A stretch of 64,000 nt of DNA from positions 9,369 to 73,368 of the forward strand of contig JAFCDO010000002.1 in NCBI GenBank assembly GCA_017609605.1, in the 5' to 3' direction. The notes below the pieces were generated by a model. That model was not told the DNA's origin. It saw only the letters and a program-made list of their open reading frames with translations, and did not search any database. A program made the translations under genes and the position numbers. Origin of the DNA: Candidatus Parvarchaeota archaeon (GTDB lineage: Archaea > Nanobdellota > Nanobdellia > JAAOXT01). Positions 28,496 to 38,057 of this stretch are shown in pieces (positions within the stretch are counted from its first letter, which is position 1; each line of letters begins with the position of its first letter).

Positions 28496-28608
28496 GTTAT
28501 TTGTTTTTCCATGTTTTTATAGTTTTAGACCAGCGACCTCTTCCTCGCAAAGACCAGATATTTGTTTTTGTTTTAAGAATTAATCTCTTGTTAAGAAACA
28601 AAAAATTT

Positions 28609-28809
28609 TTATTTGACTTCCTTTTCTTCGCCTTGTGTTTTTTTTACAGGTTTTTTCTTCACCGTTTTTTTAACTTCTTCTTTCTTAACGTCTTTTTCCC
28701 ATATCCTAATCTTTTGTTTGGACCTGCCCCTAGACTGTCTCTTATTCTCTCCCAACTTCTTTCTCAGTCTTCGAGCGTCTTTAATTCGTTTTCTCCAATG
28801 AAAAGTCAT
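28609..28809 (-). CDS. Small basic protein, possibly eL41/eS32-like with Lys-rich tail
   Basis: MTFHWRKRIKDARRLRKK...RGRSK, with a tail like the r-protein tails in this window; upstream TATA-like ttttataaa. Confidence 0.5.
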   Translation of the reverse strand: MTFHWRKRIKDARRLRKKLGENKRQSRGRSKQKIRIWEKDVKKEEVKKTVKKKPVKKTQGEEKEVK

Positions 28810-28868
28810 GATAAATCACTCTCTCAAAATGATGATTTATAAAAGTTTAGGTTTAAACAGGCTTTGCT

Positions 28869-29600
28869 TTACTCTAGAACTCTTTGCAGTTGAGTTATCA
28901 TGGTCGCGTTGAGACTTGTTTTCACTAACTGTCTGGTCGTTAGCGAGGGTTTGACCTTCTCGAGCAAGTAAAAATTCTTGAAACCGTCAGGAAAACACTT
29001 GAGAACGCGAAAACCATGATCTTCCAAAATTGTTTCAACCGGGACCTCAATCAAATCTTTAATCTTCTCGCAAACCATTCCAAACCCAGCAGAATAACGC
29101 TTCAAACCAGAAGCCTCTTCTACTATCTCCTTCAACTCTTTCAAATCATTTGGGAGCATTCCAAGAGACGGGTGCAACGGCCCCAAAACACAATTATCCC
29201 CAGTCACGCGGCTTAACTCCCCCAAAATATTATAGCCCATTTCTTGAGCCAAAACCCAGTCAAAAACGTCAAAACATGACGTCAAATCCGAGAACTCATC
29301 AGGAAATGGTAACTGCCTAGCATCCGCTTGAACATAACATAAATTAACAGGACTGTACACCTTGCTTAACTTAACATCGCTCGCGACAAAAAAAGAGTCC
29401 GGGTTAGCCAAAGCCACGCTAACCAAATAATTCGCGCTGCCCGAACCCACGTCTAAAACCACGCTTGGCCCTAACTCTTCAATTAACTCTTCTAATAATT
29501 GTCTGCGATGCCTAGCCGGAAACATAAAAAAACAAAAGGCGCGATGGTTTTTAAAACCGTCGAAAACCATACCAAAACCTTTTTTTGTAAGTAAAAACAT
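28869..29600 (-). CDS. Class I SAM-dependent methyltransferase
   Basis: VLDVGSG, ADARQLPFPD, ELSRV; true start probably ATG 29525. Confidence 0.78.
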   Translation of the reverse strand: MFLLTKKGFGMVFDGFKNHRAFCFFMFPARHRRQLLEELIEELGPSVVLDVGSGSANYLVSVALANPDSFFVASDVKLSKVYSPVNLCYVQADARQLPFPDEFSDLTSCFDVFDWVLAQEMGYNILGELSRVTGDNCVLGPLHPSLGMLPNDLKELKEIVEEASGLKRYSAGFGMVCEKIKDLIEVPVETILEDHGFRVLKCFPDGFKNFYLLEKVKPSLTTRQLVKTSLNATMITQLQRVLE

Positions 29601-29613
29601 AATTCAAAGCTTA

Positions 29614-30153
29614 ATGGTTGAACGACCTATTCGCGAAAACCCTTGGGACGAAGACTTCGAGCCCAAAGAAAAGCCACAACTCTCTGAACAGCAACTCAAA
29701 GAACTGGACGAAAAATCGGAAAAAGTCAAGAAAGGCGTGCTATACCTAGCAATCATAATCGTGGCAAGCTTCGCCATAGGTTTCGTGATAATAATGAATT
29801 TCTTAGGACCCATTAGCTGCCCTTCAGGAAGCACCATAGTGGGAAGTCCTGGAAGCGCTGACAGTTACTGCATAGACAACAATAGGTTCAACAACGGGCA
29901 AAAAGTGCTTTACAAACAAGCAATCGCTCTGTGCTCGCGCGCAAGTAAATCTCTGTGCACTGACGTGCAGCACGCGAATGGCTGTGAAGTTTTATTAAAC
30001 GTCACCGAAAACAATGAACCAGATGAAGTTGATCAAACAGGGGAGTGGGTGTTCACCGAAGGTTTTGGCAATATAGTGCAAGGAATCGGTTCCTGTAGCG
30101 CGAAAATCGTGGCGTCAGACGTTGCGGAAAAACCTTTCAGGTGCTGTAAGTAA
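29614..30153 (+). CDS. Single-pass membrane protein with Cys-containing outer domain
   Basis: One TM (GVLYLAIIIVASFAIGFVIIM) followed by eight Cys. Confidence 0.7.
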   Translation: MVERPIRENPWDEDFEPKEKPQLSEQQLKELDEKSEKVKKGVLYLAIIIVASFAIGFVIIMNFLGPISCPSGSTIVGSPGSADSYCIDNNRFNNGQKVLYKQAIALCSRASKSLCTDVQHANGCEVLLNVTENNEPDEVDQTGEWVFTEGFGNIVQGIGSCSAKIVASDVAEKPFRCCK

Positions 30154-30913
30154 GCGTCAAAAAACTGTCCAGCAACTTGTTAAAACGCTTAAAAGACTGG
30201 AAAGGAAGCATGTGACCAGCCTTCTTCAAAACCACGAGTTGAGAGTCTTTAATGAGTTTGTGCATGAGTTCTGCCTGACTTTTAGGAACCCAGTCATCTT
30301 CTCCATAAACAATTAAAGCAGGGACACTAATTCTTTTAACCATTTTAGTCAAATCGGTGTTTAACACTTCAAGAACCAGTTGAATTTTTGCCTCTATAGC
30401 AGTATTAAAAACAATTTTGCTCAACAATTTGCGGTCACGCCAAGAAATGTCAGCCAAAGTCTTATTAGGATTTATCTTAATCTTCTTACCTAATAATTTC
30501 TTCAACATGCTTACTTCAAAATCGGTCAAAGCCCTCTTCATAAAATCATTCATGATCTTCGGATTGGTCTTCACAACAGTGCTTACTACCACAATAGATT
30601 TAACCGAGTGCGGGTGCTTGGCGGCCAACATCAAGCTGATAATCCCTCCAAGAGATACTCCGACCACGACGGGCTTAACGCCAAGTTTCTTTATGAGTTT
30701 GTGAACGTCCTCAACTATTTTTTCCAAAGTGTAAACGTAACTTCTTGGTTTATCTGACTTGCCATGACCTCTCAAATCAATGCTTATCACTTTATAATTC
30801 TTGGAAAAGAACGGGACTTGCCTCTTCCACGTTATAGTGGACCCGCCATACCCGTGAATGAAAAGAACGGGCTGTCCCCTTCCTTTAACCTCATAATGAA
30901 TCTTAATACCCAT
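30137..30913 (-). CDS. Alpha/beta fold hydrolase
   Basis: FIHGYGG, DLRGHGKS, GVSLGG nucleophile, GEDD, AGH. Confidence 0.93.
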   Translation of the reverse strand: MGIKIHYEVKGRGQPVLFIHGYGGSTITWKRQVPFFSKNYKVISIDLRGHGKSDKPRSYVYTLEKIVEDVHKLIKKLGVKPVVVGVSLGGIISLMLAAKHPHSVKSIVVVSTVVKTNPKIMNDFMKRALTDFEVSMLKKLLGKKIKINPNKTLADISWRDRKLLSKIVFNTAIEAKIQLVLEVLNTDLTKMVKRISVPALIVYGEDDWVPKSQAELMHKLIKDSQLVVLKKAGHMLPFQSFKRFNKLLDSFLTLTYST

Positions 30914-30981
30914 GCACCCGATTAATGGTACTCAGGATTTAATAAAACTTTATAACCCAAACCCTCCTCACAATTTTTTGA

Positions 30982-31902
30982 ATGAACATTCTTGAAGCGC
31001 TAGAACAATACCTGAAGCTATGCGAAGAAGCGGAAAACACGCCTGTTCCAAAGCTTGATTTCAAACCAAAAAACGTGGTAATATGCGGGATGGGTGGAAG
31101 CGGGCTTGTAGGCAAAACCGCTAAAAGAATATTAGAAAATTCTTATGACAAACCCATAGTCCTTGTTAATTCGTACGACTTGCCAGCATTCGCGGATCAA
31201 AACACGTTAGTAATATGTGTTAGTTACTCAGGAAACACTGAAGAAACAGTCAGCGCGTTCAAACAAGCACTTGACAAGAAATGCAAAGTCGTGACCATAA
31301 GCTCTGGAGGAACTCTTTCACTGGAAAGCCCTGAAAACATTGCGGTCAAACCAGGCTTGCAGCCCCGCGCGGCCCTTCCACTAATGCTCATACCTTTACT
31401 AAAAATGTTAGGGCACGAGGAAAGAGTTGATTTTGAAGCACTAAAAAAAGCTCGTGACGGGGCAAAAGAGATTTCGCGAAAACTTTTGGGAAAAAACGTG
31501 ATTATCTACTCTTCAGGATACTTGTCAAGCGTTGCCACGGGTTTCAAGTCACAACTCAACGAGAACGCGAAAAGCCAGGCCAAAGATGAAGAACTCCCTG
31601 AAATGAATCACAACGAGATAAGCGCTTGGGAAACACCCAACCCTAATTCGCAAGTCGTGTTCGTTACAGGGAACGAATCCGAAAGGATGAAGCAAAGATT
31701 TCAAAAAACAAAGGAATTCCTGGAAAGAGTTGGCCAAGAAATCATAGAAATACGCGCGATTGGAGGTAACCAACTAACAAAAGCGTTGTTCGTGAACCTG
31801 AAAGGCGGATGGATAAGCCACGAACTCGCCAACTTAAAAGGAATTGACTCCACTGAAATCAAGCTAATCAAAGAATTAAAAGATTCTCTCAAGAAAGCAT
31901 GA
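30982..31902 (+). CDS. Bifunctional phosphoglucose/phosphomannose isomerase (SIS)
   Basis: GMGGSG, SYSGNTEET, QPRAA, NENAK, PEMNHNE. Confidence 0.92.
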   Translation: MNILEALEQYLKLCEEAENTPVPKLDFKPKNVVICGMGGSGLVGKTAKRILENSYDKPIVLVNSYDLPAFADQNTLVICVSYSGNTEETVSAFKQALDKKCKVVTISSGGTLSLESPENIAVKPGLQPRAALPLMLIPLLKMLGHEERVDFEALKKARDGAKEISRKLLGKNVIIYSSGYLSSVATGFKSQLNENAKSQAKDEELPEMNHNEISAWETPNPNSQVVFVTGNESERMKQRFQKTKEFLERVGQEIIEIRAIGGNQLTKALFVNLKGGWISHELANLKGIDSTEIKLIKELKDSLKKA

Positions 31903-32737
31903 CCTTGGATAATTGTTCCAATCTTTTCTTATCAGGAATGGAATGACGGTACAACTCCCAAAACACTTTCTGAAGCCAATCCACCCACTCCTCATCAAAA
32001 ATGTCGTAAAAAATTCGGACGTTCTTCCTCAACTCGCCCTCCTTATAATCTTTCACAAACTTATTGTCCACGAAACGAGCCATCCTATCATCAAACACGA
32101 AACCTCGCAAAGGCTGGCGGCAATGCCTGACCTCCACGCTCCCCTTACCCACTTCCTCGCACAACTTCTTCAAACGGTCAATGTTCTTCAAAGAAGCTAC
32201 GTCAACCCTGCACAAAACCTTCACTCGAACCCCTCGCTCAAACAAGTCGCGCAACTCGTCAACAACACCCTTACCTTTTTCAACCATGTTAATCCAAGAA
32301 ATGTTCCCTGAAAAACTGTACAACTCTTTCTCCACCTGTCGCAGTAAAGGAATAAGGCCTTGCTTCTCACTCTTCAAAACCTCCTTATACTCTTCGATAA
32401 AAGATTTTTTCTTATTGTCAGGCGCGTACTGATACACGTCAAAAGGGTCAAAATCCGTCTTGACTTTACCGAACTTAATGTTTTCAAACAAGTTCTTACG
32501 AATATCGTCGTTCTCAATGGATTCAGAATAATTCCAGTAAACAATTTTCAACGCGCCCCGAGTTCCTCCCCTAAACTTCTTCACGTTAATCAAACCCGTT
32601 TTATCCTTAATTTTCTTAACATACGAATCGGCAGTCAACCAGCTTTTGCCAATAAAAATAGCTATGTCCTGAATGGTTCTAGGCTCTCCTTTAACAAAAA
32701 CCAGAATCTTGTCCTCGTCATCTTGAGATAAAACCAT
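31889..32737 (-). CDS. wHTH transcriptional regulator with TrmB-like sensory domain
   Basis: EPRTIQDIAIFIGKSWLTADSYV HTH; C-terminal RGVRVKVL...VFDD...F..LY PLD-like TrmB pattern. Confidence 0.72.
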   Translation of the reverse strand: MVLSQDDEDKILVFVKGEPRTIQDIAIFIGKSWLTADSYVKKIKDKTGLINVKKFRGGTRGALKIVYWNYSESIENDDIRKNLFENIKFGKVKTDFDPFDVYQYAPDNKKKSFIEEYKEVLKSEKQGLIPLLRQVEKELYSFSGNISWINMVEKGKGVVDELRDLFERGVRVKVLCRVDVASLKNIDRLKKLCEEVGKGSVEVRHCRQPLRGFVFDDRMARFVDNKFVKDYKEGELRKNVRIFYDIFDEEWVDWLQKVFWELYRHSIPDKKRLEQLSKVMLS

Positions 32738-32841
32738 TCCCGAAAAAATCAGAGATTCTCAACATTTAAAAGCATTATCGTAGGGTGTTATAGTTTTTCT
32801 ATCATTTAGTTATAATAAAACTAAAACTGTATTACTATTTT

Positions 32842-34029
32842 ATGAGCAAAACTTTCTCAATGGTCAACGAGAACGTGTGCATTCGGCTCAAACTTTTCGG
32901 AGAAGAAGTCAGACAACTTTTAGAAAAGAATGGCTGGCAAGAAAAAAAAGTCGGAGAAGCGAGCAGGGTCTTCATGAATTCTTGTAACTTCCTTGAAAGA
33001 ATTGAGCAGAAAACGCTTGAACGAATCAAAAAAACAAACCAGTCCCTGCGAGAAGATCAAGAACTAATAGTTTTCGGATGCCTGCCAGTCACTGCAAAAA
33101 ATAAGTTAAAAAAAGTTCATTCTGGCGGCTACGCCGCTGGCTCAAGTCTTGAACGCTTCGCAAAAAGGATTGGATTAAAAATGTATTCCATAAAACCCGG
33201 TCACGTGGTGAAGCGCAAACAAAACCTTACGTGCAAAACCATTAAATGGTTCAACAGGTTTTTTCTCAAGGACGCTTACTTTACTTACTTGTACGATAAA
33301 TGTAAGGTCTTCCACTTAAAGATTAGTGACGGGTGTTTGGGCAAATGCACTTTCTGCTCTGAACGATTCGCTCGAGGAGAACTCAAAAGCAAGCCAGTAA
33401 AGAAAGTGATTGAAGAATTCAAAAAAGGACTTTCCAAAGGTTACAAAGTTTTCTCGTTGAACGCGGACGACACTGGAGTCTATGGTTGGGATAACGACGA
33501 GACCATTGTTGAACTGTTAGACTCTCTTCTTTCACATGACCAAAAATTTCACTTAGTTATCACAGAGTTCAATCCTTTAGCACTCGAAAGATTTGATGAA
33601 CTGGAAGAACTGTTAAACTCAAAAAAAATTGCTTTAATCACTGTTCCCATCCAGAGCGGAAGCAAAAAAATACTGAAAAAAATGGGTAGGGATTATACTC
33701 CTAAAATAATCGTGAAAAAATTGAACTCTATTCGTGACAAAAATCCGAATCTAAAGTTCAACACTCACGTGATAGTCGGCTTTCCAGGAGAAACGAGGCG
33801 AGACTTTGAAAAAACAATGCGATTATTTGATGAAGTGATATTTGATAAAGCAAAAATTTTTCAGTACTCCGAAAGGCCCGGGACTCCCGCGTCAAGAATG
33901 AACGGAAAGGTTTGTGAACGCGTTAAACTGGAAAGACAAAAAAAACTCAAGCAAAAAATTGTGAGGAGGTGCGTTAAGCAACTGGATTTGAAAAGCTTGT
34001 TGCTCAACACTGTTTCACCACAGAATTGA
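32842..34029 (+). CDS. MiaB/RimO-like radical SAM methylthiotransferase lacking a TRAM domain
   Basis: UPF0004 cysteines (ENVC, MNSC, FGCL), GCLGKCTFC, PIQSGS, IVGFPGET, FQYSERPGT; ends without TRAM. Confidence 0.88.
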   Translation: MSKTFSMVNENVCIRLKLFGEEVRQLLEKNGWQEKKVGEASRVFMNSCNFLERIEQKTLERIKKTNQSLREDQELIVFGCLPVTAKNKLKKVHSGGYAAGSSLERFAKRIGLKMYSIKPGHVVKRKQNLTCKTIKWFNRFFLKDAYFTYLYDKCKVFHLKISDGCLGKCTFCSERFARGELKSKPVKKVIEEFKKGLSKGYKVFSLNADDTGVYGWDNDETIVELLDSLLSHDQKFHLVITEFNPLALERFDELEELLNSKKIALITVPIQSGSKKILKKMGRDYTPKIIVKKLNSIRDKNPNLKFNTHVIVGFPGETRRDFEKTMRLFDEVIFDKAKIFQYSERPGTPASRMNGKVCERVKLERQKKLKQKIVRRCVKQLDLKSLLLNTVSPQN

Positions 34030-34032
34030 AAA

Positions 34033-34623
34033 ATGGTTGTAGTGTTCATCAATGGAATACCTGGAACAGGGAAGACGACTGTCGCTCACAAGCTCGCCGC
34101 CAAGCTAGCGGTTGAAGAAATCATTCAAACAGATTTTCTCAAACAAGTCTTCCGTTACTTAGAACACGACGAGCACGCGTACATGGCATCTCACCAGGCG
34201 TGGAGGTTGTTCGGGAAAAAAACGCGAGAAAACGTGTTGAAAGGATTTGAATATTGCGTGGACTTCTTCGAACCATGGATTGTGGGATTGGCGAACTTAT
34301 CGCGACAAAGATTGCAAACAGTAATCGTTGAAGGAGTCCAAGCCACCCCCAAAGTCTTTCAAAAAATCGTAGGAGAAAAAATTGGGTTCTTTCTGGTGAA
34401 CGATGAAAAAACCCATCGTTCACGCCTGCACTCAAAAAACAGGAAAAGAACGAACCCTCACAACCTTTTCACAGAACATTACGATGTAATCCAAATCATC
34501 AACCAACACCTGACCAAGCAGGCCAAAAAAAACGGTTTTATCATAATCAAAAATAATGACTCGAATCAAACAGCGAAAAAAATTGTGGAGGAACTGAATG
34601 GACTGCGATTACGTTCAACTTGA
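34033..34623 (+). CDS. P-loop kinase, 2-phosphoglycerate kinase-like
   Basis: GIPGTGKTT, IIQTDFLK, VIVEGVQ, HRSR. Confidence 0.82.
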   Translation: MVVVFINGIPGTGKTTVAHKLAAKLAVEEIIQTDFLKQVFRYLEHDEHAYMASHQAWRLFGKKTRENVLKGFEYCVDFFEPWIVGLANLSRQRLQTVIVEGVQATPKVFQKIVGEKIGFFLVNDEKTHRSRLHSKNRKRTNPHNLFTEHYDVIQIINQHLTKQAKKNGFIIIKNNDSNQTAKKIVEELNGLRLRST

Positions 34624-35437
34624 TGACCATAGCTTTTGGATACTTCACGGCTACTGGAACATGATTGGAACCCAAGTTTTTAAACTTGGAAATGAGAGGT
34701 TTAACCCGTTGACTAGAAAACATTACGATAAAGTCAGTTCCAGATTCATTACTGAAGAAATTAATTCTTCTTCAATTGTTAACAGGTTTTGTCCAAAAAA
34801 ATGTTTTAGGAAGAAAAAAAATTCTTTGCAAGGCGTGTGGAAAAAAATAGGGAACGCTCTTTCCAAGATTGTTGGAGAGGATAACGTAGGGATCATGGGT
34901 TCCACGCTTATCGGTTTTCCCTTAAAAAAAGACGTGGATTTCATTGTTTACGGCAAAAAGAATTGTGCAAAGATTCAGAGGAACATTGATTGGGTTAAGG
35001 GTTTTGTCGGGGCTTCAGAGATTAGTAATGACCACGTGAAGTACCAGGTTAAAAAGTATGGAAGTTTTCACAATACGAGTATTAACTCGTTTCAGGAATT
35101 GTTAAGGAATAAGTGGTCTTCCTTACAAATAGATAAAGGGATTTTATCAACGATTCGTTTCGCGTACAAAGAAAAAGAGTTTCCAGAGAACCCGTGGCAA
35201 AACCCTTCTGAGGGTTTGACAACCGTGTCCGGTGTCGTGGTTGATGCTTTTGGAACGAGTTTTTGCCCAAGAACTTTTATTATAAGGAACTCAAAGGGTT
35301 TAGTGAAAATAGCTTCTTATTTTTGGGCTTATCATCAGTGCGTTAAAAAAGGGGATAAGGTTTTCGTGACTGGAAACAAGCGAGAGGGTTTCGTGACAGT
35401 TGACACGCCTCACCATGGAATTAAAGTTTTAGCATAG
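34598..35437 (+). CDS. Pol-beta superfamily nucleotidyltransferase (COG1665-like)
   Basis: VGIMGSTLIG...DVDFIVYG; OB-like C-terminal region. Confidence 0.78.
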   Translation: MDCDYVQLDDHSFWILHGYWNMIGTQVFKLGNERFNPLTRKHYDKVSSRFITEEINSSSIVNRFCPKKCFRKKKNSLQGVWKKIGNALSKIVGEDNVGIMGSTLIGFPLKKDVDFIVYGKKNCAKIQRNIDWVKGFVGASEISNDHVKYQVKKYGSFHNTSINSFQELLRNKWSSLQIDKGILSTIRFAYKEKEFPENPWQNPSEGLTTVSGVVVDAFGTSFCPRTFIIRNSKGLVKIASYFWAYHQCVKKGDKVFVTGNKREGFVTVDTPHHGIKVLA

Positions 35438-35722
35438 AAAAGTTTCTAATAATTTTTTACCCGTTTCCGTGAGTGCGTAAGCTCTTTTTATGATTCCTTG
35501 CTCAAGTTTTGATTTTTGTTCAAGCAATCCTCTGCCAATTGAGTTCAGAATAAAAATGCGGGATTTATGGTTCGAGTCATCAATTCCTATCAGCTCTTCG
35601 CTTGACAATAATTGTTCGAAAAGGGTTCTACTCAGAGTTCCTTCCTGCAAATCATAAGGGTTACCATACAGTATTTTAGATAAAATTTCCCAACCCCCTC
35701 CCACTAATAATAATAAATTCAA
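35429..35722 (-). CDS. Small wHTH-like protein
   Basis: YALTETGKKLLE wing motif; start uncertain (possibly GTG 35704). Confidence 0.45.
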   Translation of the reverse strand: MNLLLLVGGGWEILSKILYGNPYDLQEGTLSRTLFEQLLSSEELIGIDDSNHKSRIFILNSIGRGLLEQKSKLEQGIIKRAYALTETGKKLLETFLC

Positions 35723-35748
35723 TATTTTTTAATAAAGACTCTTATATT

Positions 35749-36129
35749 TCAAAGAATGTATTCCAAAAAATCTTTGCCCAACGCGTTTAGTCTAAAAGAA
35801 GGATCAGATCTTGGCGGACGTCCTTTAATTCTCGTGATTACTGAACCTTTTTCTATTAAAGTTATGTCTTCCAGTTTTCCTATCACTTTTTTAACTTTGT
35901 CTTCAAGAACATTACAAGAATCTGCAATAACAGACAAATCCTGAAAATCTTCCTGTTCATTCATATAATCAACTATTTGTTTCACGACTCCCAATTCAAT
36001 TCCTATACCTATGTACTTGGCAAAAAGTTTTTTAAGAACAGGGCTCCAAAGCTCTTTGACTTTATCGTTCAAACTACTTGGTTCATGTAAAACATGATAA
36101 CCTCCTCCATCCCCTCCTCCTTCTCCCAT
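35749..36129 (-). CDS. Winged-helix DNA-binding protein
   Basis: LSVIADSCNVLEDKVKKVIGKLEDITLIE, GRP, FRLNALG. Confidence 0.65.
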   Translation of the reverse strand: MGEGGGDGGGYHVLHEPSSLNDKVKELWSPVLKKLFAKYIGIGIELGVVKQIVDYMNEQEDFQDLSVIADSCNVLEDKVKKVIGKLEDITLIEKGSVITRIKGRPPRSDPSFRLNALGKDFLEYIL

Positions 36130-36210
36130 AAAAAATATTACTCCTTATTTACTTAAATTTCTTTCTCTAGTTTCGAAAGTAATATAAATACTTATTGTTA
36201 TTATTACACT

Positions 36211-37233
36211 ATGGATTTTATTGTCGAAGGTCTTGGCAAAATCAGAGTTAAAGATTCCATGAGTCCTGACTCGTATGACCATTATTATAACTCTTCTTGC
36301 AATGGCGGTTGGAGGGTTAGTTATCCTGTCAGAAAAATCGACAAAGGAGTTTTCTTCTCTCAGCGGGGTAAAGTCAAGAGTTTTGAGGACAAGGTTCCTA
36401 TCGGTTTCAAGCATTTCCCGGACATTGAAAAGGATTTGAAAACTGTTTATCATGTTGGGGAGGTTTGGCATTTGGAAATCGCGGAGTCGTATTGTCCTGA
36501 TGGTTGGAGTGCTTTCAAAGGGTTGGGGGAACAATTAAGGGACGACCAGAGTTTCGTCAGTTCTCAGCAGAGAATCAATCTTCGGATTTTTCACGCGGTT
36601 CCAAACGAACTCGTTGAAATGGTGAAGTCTGACGCGGGTTCAAGATTGAATTATTATGGTCACTTTGATTCCGAGTCCGAATTAGAACCTGAAAGGCCCA
36701 CTCTTGAATCTCTTGGAGAGCTTGAGCCTTATTTTGTTTCAAATCTGGTTCTTGGCAGGATTGGGATGGTTAGAGGGGATGACATGGTTGATTTCGCTAA
36801 AACCATTCACGATGAGAAGAGTTTCACGCTGGGGCACAGTAATTATACTTTTCTGCTTGCTGGGCTAACGACTTACCCACTTATTAGAAGCAAAATGGGA
36901 GGTATGATTAAGTGGATTGACCTGTCCGATGCCGAAAAGATATTCAAAAAGTATTTTGATGAAGAGATTTCTGAAGAATCTTTAAGGATTGGTTTGAAGT
37001 GTATGGGTCACATGGGAGGTTTTTGGGGAGGGTTTGAAAATCAACGCCCGGAAAGAGTTGTTGGTTTAGACTGGTTGCTTGACAAGCAAGCTAGTTTAGA
37101 TAACATTGAGAAAGCGTTGAGTCACTGGGAAAAGGTTGAATCGAAGCACAATCGTTTTCACGGTCCAGGGGACATGGTCGTTGCTTTAAAGAAAGTTAAG
37201 GATAGGGTTGAAGCAATCCCACTAAAAGATTAA
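36211..37233 (+). CDS. Hypothetical protein
   Basis: 340-aa ATG ORF, no recognised motif. Confidence 0.7.
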   Translation: MDFIVEGLGKIRVKDSMSPDSYDHYYNSSCNGGWRVSYPVRKIDKGVFFSQRGKVKSFEDKVPIGFKHFPDIEKDLKTVYHVGEVWHLEIAESYCPDGWSAFKGLGEQLRDDQSFVSSQQRINLRIFHAVPNELVEMVKSDAGSRLNYYGHFDSESELEPERPTLESLGELEPYFVSNLVLGRIGMVRGDDMVDFAKTIHDEKSFTLGHSNYTFLLAGLTTYPLIRSKMGGMIKWIDLSDAEKIFKKYFDEEISEESLRIGLKCMGHMGGFWGGFENQRPERVVGLDWLLDKQASLDNIEKALSHWEKVESKHNRFHGPGDMVVALKKVKDRVEAIPLKD

Positions 37234-38006
37234 CTTGTTAAGAGATGTTGTGTTGATGAGTTGTAAACAAAGTCTGTTAGTCTTGTTAAATGACTTTCAC
37301 TAAACCCTTTTTCTCCTCGTTCAAAATTGTTTCCAAGTTTTTTAAACAATTCTTCACTTGTATAAACCAACTCTGGAAAATCGTCCTTTACACTCCCGAG
37401 CCACGAGTCCATTCTCCAGATGTGTTCTTTATCTTCTCCTGTTTTATTGTAGAAACGTTTGCTTCGCAAATCTTTTAGCACTGATTTAACTGAAAAATAT
37501 TTTTCGTAAAAATATGAATCAACTTCCTTGTTTGATAATTCGCCAAGTCCAAAACCTTTCTTGATAGTTGTTTCAACAATGATAAAAGAGTGTCCGTCAT
37601 AAAGCTTTAATTTCACGTGATGCGAGTTCTCCAGAACACTCATTTTCAGACCAAAATCTTGTCCCAAAACCGCGTAAAACGAGCTCAAAGCCAAACAATT
37701 ACCTTTTGGTTCATCCCTTAAAAACGAATCAATCAGTGTTGTTAAACTAAACTGGTCTTCCTGATATATTTCTTTATCATTTTTGTGAATGAACTCTAAC
37801 AGTTTTTGACCTGTGTAAAAAGGGTCTGAGTGACCGCCTTTAAAATGAATAAAGTTGTTTTTAATCACTTCAAGCCTGGATTTATAGGATAATACTTCAT
37901 CAAGGGTTTTAAGTCCTCCTGAAAGGATTAGCAACTCTTCCTCCATGTTAAGATCCAATTCGTTGAACTCTGGGTTAAACCTTAACTGAAACCACATAAC
38001 TCCCAT
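37230..38006 (-). CDS. Transglutaminase-like (SirB1-type) domain protein
   Basis: GNCLALSSFY...HHV...IVETT Cys-His-Glu triad pattern. Confidence 0.7.
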   Translation of the reverse strand: MGVMWFQLRFNPEFNELDLNMEEELLILSGGLKTLDEVLSYKSRLEVIKNNFIHFKGGHSDPFYTGQKLLEFIHKNDKEIYQEDQFSLTTLIDSFLRDEPKGNCLALSSFYAVLGQDFGLKMSVLENSHHVKLKLYDGHSFIIVETTIKKGFGLGELSNKEVDSYFYEKYFSVKSVLKDLRSKRFYNKTGEDKEHIWRMDSWLGSVKDDFPELVYTSEELFKKLGNNFERGEKGFSESHLTRLTDFVYNSSTQHLLTS

Positions 38007-38057
38007 TTTGTTTAAAAGAAAAAGGTTGAATTAAAAAAGATTATCTTTAATCATTAA

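Noticed and set aside
28497-28601. 34-codon basic minus-strand frame (…KTKTNIWSLRGRGRWSK…) considered as L39e
   Set aside because: TTG start only, no SD, and the L39e motifs do not align.
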